Below, one piece after another: positions 13,510-23,330 of a stretch of DNA of 64,000 nt. Source of the DNA: Leucoraja ocellata (taxonomy: Eukaryota); the NCBI GenBank assembly GCA_036785375.1, contig JAWMAR010000748.1:62001-126000 (forward strand), in the 5' to 3' direction. The notes beneath the pieces are model-generated. The model saw only the letters and a program-made list of their open reading frames with translations, had not been told where the DNA came from and did not search any database. Within the stretch, counting starts at the first letter, position 1. Each line of letters begins with the position of its first letter. Made by a program: the position numbers and the translations under genes.

Positions 13510-15570
13510 TCAGAGTCTACAAGCCAATAAATCAATATTTTTATGACATGGATGGCTATCCTGAGTTACCGGATGCACCAGCAACTTAGGACTATGTTTT
13601 AAATTCATACATGGTTCTAACACCATATTCTGTATCACCAAGAACCATGGTTGTGTAGGCCAATCAGGTACTATGAGAATCCCAGATGCCGAATCCTGTT
13701 GAATTTTCCTTAGTACCCGATTGATGAGGCAGAAAGGAGGAAATGCATATATGAACCATTTCCCCCAGTGCAGTGAAAATGCATCTGTAGCTTCTGCCCC
13801 AGGATCTGGTTCCCATGATACATACCTTGGTAACTGGTGATTTAACCTGGATGCAAAAAGATCAATATCCGGCATTCCATACTTTACTGTGATTTCAGCA
13901 AAGACCGTTCTATCCAACATCCATTCTGTATTTTCATTAAATTTTCGTGACCTGGCGTCTGCCACTGAATTTAGTATCCCTGGTAGATACGTAGCCGATA
14001 ACCAAATATTCCTTTGGATACACCATTGCCAAATTGAGTTTGCCAATTTATCACAAGATGTTGATATATTTCCACCCATATGATTTATATATGCCACCAC
14101 CGTGGTATTATCTATCTGCAATCTAACATGCTGCTGTTTCATTCCTGAGCAATAAGACTTTAGCCCATAAAACGCACTTAACATTTCTAAGTAATTTATA
14201 CCCTTAGTATTCAGTAGGTTAGCTTCTTGAATATTCCATCTCCCTCCACAGCTCGAGATGGTATCCGTTGCACCCCAACCAATTGCACTGGCATCTGTTT
14301 GTAATACCACAGACGGGTTGTCAATAACTATTGGGTTGGAGCCATACTTAACATTGTGTTCCCAGCATTGTAATTCTTTTATAGCTTCAATTGTTAGCTC
14401 CATTGGCCTATCAAAATGGCCTCTATTAATTTTGAGTGCTCTTATTTTCTCTCTCTGTAAATTTTGGTAGTGTAATGGCCCAAATTGTATGGCAGGAAAT
14501 GTGGCCACAATTTTGCCAATCATCCTGGCTACCCGTCTAATGGATGGTTTAAAGGTATTAATAAGCTCTGTGCAATCCTTTTGTAATTCTGTGGCTTTCC
14601 CTATTGGTAAAGTCACTAACATATCAATTGAGTTAATGGTGAACCCCAAGTAATCAATATTAGTTGATGGTGTTAATTTAGACTTAATTGGATGGATAAT
14701 GAATCCCAGCTGTTCAAACAATTGCTTTGTGGCAACCACTGCCTGACATGCCAATTCATAAGTTTTTCCCACTATAAGTATATCATCCAAATATGCCATT
14801 ACTCTATGTTTTTGTTGTCGCAGCAACGCCAAAGCTGGTTTAAGAATTTTTGTAAATAACCTGGGCGCTGACGTTAGCCCATTTGGCAAAGCCTTGTACT
14901 GCCAAAGCTGTCCCATCCAGTTAAATTTCAAAAACCGTCTATGTCTATCTCTGATGGGTATTGTATAGTAAGCATCTTTAAGATCAATACTTGCCATAAA
15001 ATAGCCTGCTGAAACTAACTCTTTAGCAGTGCTAAACGTATCCATTTTAAAATGAACATATTGCACAAATTTGTTAAGCGTTGATAAATCAATAATAATA
15101 CGGCAACCCCCATCTTTCTTATTTCTAATAAATATGTTTGAGACAAACTCGTGTTGTTCAGGTTTGGTTTGTTCAATTACCCCTTTAATGAATAATCTTT
15201 GTAGTTCTATGTGAGCTTTAGCTTGTTCCAATTTAGTAAGCATGTATATTCTGTCCGGTGTATGTTGTACTGGAGGGTTTTGTTTGTGTAGAAACGCTAT
15301 CAGATATCTCTTAATACTGCTAAGGATATATCTGTCCATAGTTATATTGCACCATGCTTCCAAATGAAGTTGCAATGTCCCTCCAACTTCCGTGCTCCCT
15401 ATAAATTCTGGAGCCCCAGATTCACCTACCTCCATGGTTATCGGTGGTAATTGAGTTATTTCCTCATTTTTATTCGTGGTTGTGGAGGGCCTTGAGGTTG
15501 AGGTTGGGATAGCTGCTGAAGTACAGGCTTCCGCATCTTCCACAGTGGTCGTCCCGGGCCAAACCCCTAA
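13510..15570 (-). CDS. DIRS pol ORF: reverse transcriptase, RNase H and Dam-like methyltransferase domain
   Basis: RT motifs IDLKDAY, LPNGLTSAPRLF, YLDD. RNase H motifs TDAS, INYLE, IDN, NSVADARSR. DIRS MT-like domain DLFASRLN...YAFPPF...PDWPTQPW. Uninterrupted to TGA 13510. Confidence 0.9.
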   Translation of the reverse strand, partial: LGVWPGTTTVEDAEACTSAAIPTSTSRPSTTTNKNEEITQLPPITMEVGESGAPEFIGSTEVGGTLQLHLEAWCNITMDRYILSSIKRYLIAFLHKQNPPVQHTPDRIYMLTKLEQAKAHIELQRLFIKGVIEQTKPEQHEFVSNIFIRNKKDGGCRIIIDLSTLNKFVQYVHFKMDTFSTAKELVSAGYFMASIDLKDAYYTIPIRDRHRRFLKFNWMGQLWQYKALPNGLTSAPRLFTKILKPALALLRQQKHRVMAYLDDILIVGKTYELACQAVVATKQLFEQLGFIIHPIKSKLTPSTNIDYLGFTINSIDMLVTLPIGKATELQKDCTELINTFKPSIRRVARMIGKIVATFPAIQFGPLHYQNLQREKIRALKINRGHFDRPMELTIEAIKELQCWEHNVKYGSNPIVIDNPSVVLQTDASAIGWGATDTISSCGGRWNIQEANLLNTKGINYLEMLSAFYGLKSYCSGMKQQHVRLQIDNTTVVAYINHMGGNISTSCDKLANSIWQWCIQRNIWLSATYLPGILNSVADARSRKFNENTEWMLDRTVFAEITVKYGMPDIDLFASRLNHQLPRYVSWEPDPGAEATDAFSLHWGKWFIYAFPPFCLINRVLRKIQQDSASGILIVPDWPTQPWFLVIQNMVLEPCMNLKHSPKLLVHPVTQDSHPCHKNIDLLACRL

Positions 15571-16976
15571 AAAAGGACGCTGCTGCTGCTGGGGACCTCT
15601 GGCCTCTCTCCAATTCTTTGTGCTATTATAGAAACTACCCTTCTTAGGAAGCTCATAAGGTTGATATCTCTTCCCTAGATATCCTTTGGCTGCCCTAATC
15701 AGCCCCAAAGTCTTGGCCTCCTCATCCAAATCTTTAACCTGTTTGGACAGGTCTCCCCCAAATAACAGGGTTTGGGGTTTTATAGCCCTTTGCTTACATA
15801 ATATGGCAAACTTAGGGTCTAGAGCTGGCTGAATAGCCCCCTTTCTTATATTATTTAATTCAAATTGCACATTGCAAAATAGTGCTAAGGCATCCTTATG
15901 ATCACTTGTCATGTCCACCTTCTCTAACGTGCGGGCCAAAGCTGTTATGCCCGCCGTGAGACCTTTCAGGGCATTTTGGACTTTAAGATCCTGACTCCTA
16001 ATGCCCGCCCCAACATGTTTCCAAATGCACCGGTTTACACTGGCTACATTCAGCGCAGCACAATTTCCCGGTGGTAAGTGCCTTGCCAACACTTCAGCAA
16101 ACGTATTAGCTTGCAGCTGGTGGGTGGACATGTACTCTATACTTGCAGCCATCCTGTCCTCGAGATTCTTCCCGGTTTGTTCCTGCTGGAAGTACTGTCC
16201 CACCATGTCCAGCAGGTTGTTTTTCTTCCCTTCAATGGGAGAAGATGGCTCCACCTCTTGCTCAGACTCTGAGCTAGTCAGACCTTCCATATCCTCCTCA
16301 GAGGAGTCTGATATATCCTGCAGCCCTTTATGGGAAACTGCTGTGGGACTTATATTATGCCCACTGTGGCTATCCTCCCTATCACGGAGCCTGCCACTCT
16401 GGATAATTTCATCCAGCAGCCGCTCCAGCCGACTTCCGTGCTCTCGGGCACTAGTCGATCGCGGGTGCTTAACTCTATCGGACCGCTCCTGCTGACCTTG
16501 GTGCTCTCGGGCACTAGTCGCTCGCGGTTCCCACAGCCGGTCCCCATGCCTCCCTGCACTGGTCGCTCCCGGCCGCCCGATATTCTCCTGCCGCCCCTCA
16601 CGGCCCCGGTACTCACGGGCACCTGTCGCCGGCGGCTGAATATCCTCCAGCCATTCGTAGCGGCTTTCCAGCTCCGTAAAGCTGGCGCTCCTGGCTGCTC
16701 CATCTCCCGCAGCTGCTCGTCGGTTCTCCGGTACTGGTAAGTACTATCTCGCTGCTGCTCCGTGACCATATCAGTTTGAAGGTGATGCGACTTTTGCTTT
16801 ACCTTCCCGCCCGGCCGAGCAGTAGATTTTGCCGGCGCGGGGTTCAAGTCGGGCACAGCTGGTTCCTCCATAGGTAACTCCTGTGGCGTCGGCTGCTGCT
16901 GCTGCAGGTCCCCGGCTCCTTCCCGACTTACGTGCTGCACCTTCCTCACCGACTTTCTGCGAGTTGCTCTGTCCAT
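15460..16976 (-). pseudogene. DIRS gag-like ORF1 with two apparent 1-nt indels
   Basis: Starts MDRATRRKSV at 16976. An apparent missing T near 16679 switches it to the frame that stays open to 13510 (FTELESRYEW...HLPPGNCAALNVASVNRCIW). A likely natural C-terminus FGPGRPLWK...RIKMRK* lies in the +1 frame after 15564. Confidence 0.7.
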
Positions 16977-17157
16977 TTCCTACAACAAAGTTAGAAATGC
17001 AGAGTCACTTACCTGCCGTTCGTCGGCTTTTTGTGTTCTCCCATTCAAGGGGACGTCCTCCCCAGGTGTGACTCGTCCATGCGTGTATGCGATATGACAC
17101 GCATGCGCCGTAAGCGGGCTTCTTCACGTAGTCACTCACGTGACTCCGAAGTAAAAT

Positions 17158-18680
17158 TTCACAGATTAACCACTCTCTGTGTGAAAAAATGTTTTCCTCA
17201 TCTCGGTCCTAACAGATTTCCCCCTTATCCTTAAACTGTGACCCCTTGTCCTGGACTTCCCTAACATCGGGAACAATTTTCCTGCATCTAGCCTGTCCAA
17301 CCCCTTAAGAATTTTGTAAGTTTCAATCTTCTAAATTCTAGCGAGTACAAGCCGAGTCTATCCAGTCTTTCGTCATATGAAAGTCCTGACATCCCAGGAA
17401 TCAGTCTGGTGAACCTTCTCTGTACTCCCTTCTATGGCAAGAATGTATTTCCTCAGATTAGGAGACCAAAACTGTACGCAATACTCCAGGTGTGGTCTCA
17501 CCAAGACCCTGTACAACTGCAGTAGAACCTCCCTGCTCCTATACTCAAATCCTTTTGCTATGAATGCTAACATACCATTCGCTTTCTTCACTGCCTGCTG
17601 CACCTGCATGCCTACTTTCAATGACTGGTGTACCATGACACCCAGGTCTCGTTGCATCTCCTCCTTTTCTAGTCGGCCACCATTCAGATAATAGTCGACT
17701 TTCCTGTTTTTGCCACCAAAGTGGGTAACCTCACATTTATCCACATTATACTGCATCTGCCATGCATTTGCCCACTCACCCAGCCTATCCAAGTCACCTT
17801 GCAGCCTCCTAGCATCCTCCTCACAGCTAACACTGCCCCCCAGCTTCGTGTCATCCGCAAACTTGGAGATGTTGCATTCAATTCCCTCGTCCAAATCATT
17901 AATATATATTGTAAATAGCTGGGGTCTCAGCGCTGAGCCTTGCGGTACCCCACTAGTCACTGCCCGTCATTGTGAAAAGGAGTCGTTTACTCCTACTCTT
18001 TGCTTCCTGTCTGCCAGCCAGTTCTCTATCCACATCAATACTGAACCCCCAATACCGTGTGCTTTAAGTTTGTATACTAATCTCTTATGTGGGACCTTGT
18101 CGAAAGCCTTCTGAAAGTCCAGATATAACACATCCACTGGTTCTCCCTTATCCACTCTACTAGTTACATCCTCGAAAAATTCTATAAGATTCGTCAGACA
18201 TGGTTTACCTTTCATAAATCCATGCTGACTTTGTCCAATGATTTCACCACTTTCCAAATGTGCTGCTATCCAATCTTTAATAACTGATTCTAGCAGTTTC
18301 CCCACCACCGACGTTAGACTAACTGGTCTGTAATTCCCCGTTTTCTCTCTCCCTCCCATTTTAAAAAGTGGGGTTACATTAGCTACCCTCCAATCCTCAG
18401 GAACTACTCCAGAATCTAAAGAGTTTTGAAAAATTATCACTAATGCATCCACTATTTCTGGGGCTACTTCCTTAAGTACTCTGGGATGCAGCCTATCTGG
18501 CCCTGGGGATTTATCGGCCTTTAATCCATTCAATTTACCGAACACCACTTCCTGGCTAACCTGGATTTCACTCAGTTCCTCCATCTCATTTGACCCCCGG
18601 TCCCCTGCTATTTCCGGCAGATTATTTATGTCTTCCTTAGTGAAGACAGAACCAAAGTAATTATTCAATTGGTCTGCCTT
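17158..18680 (-). mobile_element. CR1-clade LINE ORF2 fragment (continues at 11815-12030 past the DIRS insertion)
   Basis: KSPGPD, NYRPVSLTS, QHGF, YLDFQKAFDKV, GVPQGS, FADDTK motifs; stops and frameshifts; 3' tail at 11815. Confidence 0.92.
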
Positions 18681-19004
18681 TTTGCAGGCCACCCTCGGGT
18701 TATGGATGGATTCCATTTTTACAGGCGTCCCCAAATCAATTTTGTTCACAAAATTGGAAAAAAGAAAAAAACAAAAACGACTTGATTTGGTAACCATGCC
18801 GCCACAGTATTGTGAGGCCGAGTCGAGAGGCTCCAACGACACAGAGGCTCGACCAGCCCCGACCCGGGGTTCGATCGACGGCGCGGGGGAGCTGACATTC
18901 CCCCCGATGCAAGAGCTGATCGCTCCGATGCAGAGGGTCCAAACGCCGCCGGCTACGAGAGTCAAGGTTGTCCCGTCAACGGAGGGCTCGAGGCCCCCGA
19001 CCGT

Positions 19005-19520
19005 GGGAGAGCAATTCTTGCTATTGAGGGAGTGCAGCGTAGGTTTACAAGGTTGATTCCCCGGATGGCAAGACTGTCATATGCTGAGAGAATGGAGCAG
19101 CTGGGCTTGTACACTTTGGAGTTTAGAAGGATGAGAGGGACCTTATTGAAACATATAAGATTGTTAAGGGTTTGGACACGCTAGAGGCAGGAAACATGTT
19201 CCCGATGTTGGGGGAGTCCAGAACCAGGGGCCACAGTTTAAGAATAAGGAGTAAGCCATTTAGAACGGAGACGAGGAAACACTTTTTCCTCACAGAGAGT
19301 GGTGAGTCTATGGAATTCTCTGCCTCAGAGGGCGGTGGAGGCAGGTTCTCTGGATGCTTTCAAGAGAGAGCTAGATAGGGCTCTTAATAATAGCGGAGTC
19401 AGGGGATATGGGGAGAAGGCAGGAATGGGGTACTGATTGGGGATGATCAGCCATGATCACATTAAATGGCGGTGCTGGCTCGTAGGGCCGAATAGCCTAC
19501 TCCTGCACCTATTGTCTATT
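19005..19520 (+). mobile_element. CR1 LINE 3' fragment
   Basis: ORF2 C-terminal remnants and the CR1 3' tail (ctcctgcacctattgtctatt). Confidence 0.85.
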
Positions 19521-20925
19521 GTCAAAGAAGGGAAGAGATTGAACATTTTTTCGCCTTCCATCACAGTGAGGAATGTGGAGGAGTCACTGTGGTGGATGTT
19601 TATGTTAAAATGCATTTTATGTGTTCCGTTACTTTTTATTTGCATGATGACTGACTAGGCAAATGAAATTCCTCGTATGTTGCAAAACATACTTGGCTAA
19701 TAAAGTATTATTGTGATTGTATTATAATGAATGGTGTTGGGAAGGGCCAATTAAGGACACATTAGGGAACATTAATATTCATCTGGTCTGAAGAAGGGTC
19801 TCAACCCAAAACGTCACCCATTTCTTCTCTCCAGAGATGCCGCCTGTCCCGCTGAGTCACGCCAGTATTTTGTGTCTATCTTCCATTAATATTTCTTTTC
19901 TTTTCTTCCCCAGCCAGGTCACAATGGTAGAGAAACAGGATGTCCCATGCTTTATGGCTGGTTTCAATGCTCGTGTCAGTGACTGTTACATTGCACAATG
20001 GACTTGTTGGACAAGTGTCAATGGGCACGAGTGCTTATCAGTTTCCAAAGCAACTCTCTCAATCTCCCCCAGTGAAACCGACTGCCCGTGTTTATAAGAG
20101 ACAATGGGGTCTGTTCATTTGTGCTTCATTTGAATTGAATAATATTTATTAGAACTCAATCGTAAATATGAGATATCCATAACTTGGGCATTCATAACCT
20201 AGGAGGCCTATATACCCACCCAGTTAAATCCAAAACAAATAAGTCAGTGTGATGTAGATCTAACAATGTTACTACATTTCTGGGGTTCAGGATGACACAA
20301 CAGCATATTTCAAAATTGTCCCTTTGTCAATGAGACAAGTGCAACTACAGAGCATGTCTTTTTAGAGATTGACACAAGAAGCTGGAATAACTCAGCGAGG
20401 CAGGCAGCATCTCTAAAGAAAAGGAATGGGTGACGTTTCGGGTCGAGACCCTTCTTCAGACTGATTAGGGATAATGGAAAAGAGAGATATAACATGGTGA
20501 TGTGGAGAGATAAAAAACAATGAATGAAAGATATGCAAAAAAGTTACATTAATAAAGGAAGCAGGCCATTGTTGGCCATTTGAAGGGTGAGAATGAGAAG
20601 ATAGTGCGACTTGGCTGGAGCCGGTTTGTGGCGACTGCATGCTGTTTCGGAAGTCAATCTATTATATTAATGACAGACACAAAATACAGCATTTCTGGAG
20701 AGAAGGACTAGGTGACGTTTCAGGTCAAGACCCTTCTTCAGACTATATCATTGTATGATATGATTTGATGGATAGCACGCAGAACGAGCATCTTGCTGTA
20801 TCTCTGTACACGTCACAATAAAGATCCCACTAATCCAAAATTCCTTTCCCAGCTGCTGGGCTTCAAGCTTGTACAGAAATGAGAAGACAAAACTATGATG
20901 CAAACAAAAGCTACAATGCTCTAAC

Positions 20926-21058
20926 CTTCGGAAGCCGCCTGTTAACGTTATAATTGCATCAGGCAGAAATCTGCGTACAGCTCTTTCCACAATGTGCTTG
21001 ATCCAATCTGCCTCTGCCCTTGTAACTGGTACACAGAGGTCATTATGATACAACAGAC
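20926..21058 (-). CDS. POLM: DNA polymerase mu, coding exon 7
   Basis: GLLYHNDLCVPVTRAEADWIKHIVERAVRRFLPDAIITLTGGFR(R); TGGFRR motif; 133 nt, phase 1 to 2. Confidence 0.93.
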
Positions 21059-21271
21059 CTGGAAAACAAAAGAGTTACCCATAGTAAAGCAAGGACAATT
21101 TGTCAACTATTTGAAATGTTTTGAAATATCGTCCAGTTAACACAGTTTCTTATCACCCACGATGACTAAAGGGCGCGTGGCTCCAAGGCTTTTACAACAA
21201 TTACTGCTGCCATTATGTTAGCATTTGGAAACTCCGCAACTTACTGCCCTAATGTACAGTAATGTACAGCT

Positions 21272-22005
21272 CTGCATTTGGAGTATCGTGAGCAATTTTG
21301 GGCCCCATATCTGAGGAAGGATGTGCTGGCTCTGGAGAGGGTCCAGAGGTGGTTTATGAGAATGATCCCGGGAATAAGTGGGTTAACATACGATGAGTTG
21401 ACAGCACTGGGCCTGTACTCACTGAAGTTTAGAAGGATGAGGGGGACCCTCATTGTAGCTTACCGAATAGTGAAAGGCCAGGATAGAGTGGATGTGGAGA
21501 GGATGTTTCCAATTGGGGGAAGAGTCTAGGAACAGAGGTCATAGCCTCATAACTAAAGGATGTTCCTTTTGGAAGGAGATGAGGAGGGATTTCTTTAGTC
21601 AGAGGGTGGTGAATCTATGGAATTCATTGCCACAGAAGGCTGTGGATGCCACGTCAATTTATTCAAGAAGGAACTGCAGATGCTGCAAAATCGAAGGTAG
21701 ACAAAAATGCTGGAGAAACTCAGCGGGTGCGGCAGCATCTATGGAGCAAAGGAAATAGGCAACGTTTTGCTCCATAGATGCTGCCGCACCCGCTGAGTTT
21801 CTCCAGCATTTTTGTCTACCAAGTCAATGTATGATTTTAAAGCAGAGATAAATAGATTCTTGATTAGTACAGGTGTCAGAGGTTATGGGGAGAAGGCAGG
21901 AGAATGGGGTTGGGAGGGAGCGATAGATCTGCCATGATTAAATGGCACAGTAGACTTGATGGGCCAAATGGCCTAATTCTGCTCCTATGACTTATGACCT
22001 TATGA
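21272..22005 (+). mobile_element. CR1 LINE 3' fragment containing a Penelope-derived fold-back insertion (~21662-21820)
   Basis: EYREQFWAPYLRKD...VVNLWNSLP; palindromic insert flanked by a degenerate direct repeat. Confidence 0.82.
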
Positions 22006-22534
22006 GCAACATCTCCATTAGAGCAGAGGAACACGTTAACATTAACAGGTTAATGGGTCAAAAGTGAGTTAATTCTTGTTTTTCTTTCCTCTGCTTCCTT
22101 CTTCCTCTTTTACTTGCTCATTAAACATAATCTGCATTTCAATTTCTCATGTAGAAAGAAACAAGGAACTGCGGATGCTGGTTTACGAAGACACAAAATA
22201 CTGGAGTAACTCAGTGGGTCAGGCAACATCCTGGAGAACATGGACAGAGGAGGTTTTAGGTTGCGACCCTTCTTCCTAATGTGGATAGGTGATGTTTCGC
22301 TTCAGGACCCTTTTTCCGAACAGGGGTAGTGACGTTTCCGGTTGGGACCCTTCTTCCATCATGGATAGGTGAAGTTTCAGGTCAGGACCCTTCTATCTAA
22401 CAGAAAAGGTGACGTTTTGGGTCGGCACCCTTCTTCTCAATTTCCCATGCCTGCACCCCCACCTCTGTGGAGGTGGCACAGTGGCAGAGTTGCTGCTATC
22501 CAGCGCCAGAGACCCGGGTTCCATCCTGAGTGTG

Positions 22535-23330
22535 GGTACTGGTGGTTGACTTCAGGAGGGCGGGGAAACAACACCATACACCTCTGCACATCGACGGAGC
22601 TGATGTGGAAAGGGTCAGCAGCATGAAGTTCCTAGGACTACATCTGTCTGATGACCTGACGTCCACGGCCAACACCACAGCTCTGGTCAAGAGAGCCCAG
22701 CAGCGACTTCACCCTCTCCGAAGACTACGTAAAGCAGGCCTCCCCACTACACACCTACGGACTTTTTATAGGGGGACTGTCGAGAGCACATTGACCTACG
22801 GCATCACTTCCTGGTTCGGGAGCTGCAAGGCGTACGAACGGCACCAACTAGACAGGATAGTGAAGACCGCCAGCAGGATTATTGGTGCTCCACTCCCCTT
22901 CCTGCTGGACATATACAGGAAGAGATGTATCAGCAGAGCCATCTCCATCATCAAAGACCCTTACCACCCATCGCATGACATTTTCTCCATCCTGCCATCT
23001 GGGAAGAGGTACAGGAGCATTAGCTGCAAAACCAGCAGGATGCTCCTCAGCTTCTTCCCACAGGCTATAAGACTGCTAAATGGACTTTGCCCCCTGCCAA
23101 GTATCGCGCACAAACCCCCACACTGCAGCAGAGCCACTGTTGTGCCGCTGCCGGTCGGAACGCCTGTTGAATGTTTAGTAGAGTGTTAAATTTGTTCATG
23201 ATACATGTATTTTTTTATTTCTATTTATTTTTCATGCACACTGAATGGACACTGGTTGAGCAACGTTTTTTTGTTTCCTCTGGGTATGCGAATACTTAGG
23301 AAATGACAATAAAGATATACAATACAATAC
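22535..23330 (+). mobile_element. Rex1/Babar-like LINE 3' fragment inserted in a SINE
   Basis: LVVDFRR...VERVSSMKFLG...KRAQQRL..LRRLRK...FYRGTVESTLTYGITSW...SFFPQAIRLLN; AATAAA plus an (AATAC)n tail. Confidence 0.82.

Larger units (their letters stand above)
12034..17157 (-). mobile_element. Full-length DIRS1-type tyrosine-recombinase retrotransposon in POLM intron 7, inserted into a CR1 LINE
   Basis: gag-like, RT-RNaseH-MTase and YR ORFs. A 37-bp inverted repeat (12104-12140 vs 17094-17130) and an ICR (12252-12364) are present. The flanking CR1 rejoins as gcagag-AAT-ttcacag, with only AAT shared at both ends. Confidence 0.95.

Noticed and set aside
13510-16290. The 926-aa ORF as a natural single protein starting at 16290
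   Set aside because: The frame is open upstream to ~16743, the likely start is 16976 across an indel, and the gag-pol fusion appears to depend on one extra G.
16980-17012. A 33-nt GT-AG intron in the DIRS leader
   Set aside because: Below the practical minimum vertebrate intron length; the two sites are treated as having other partners.
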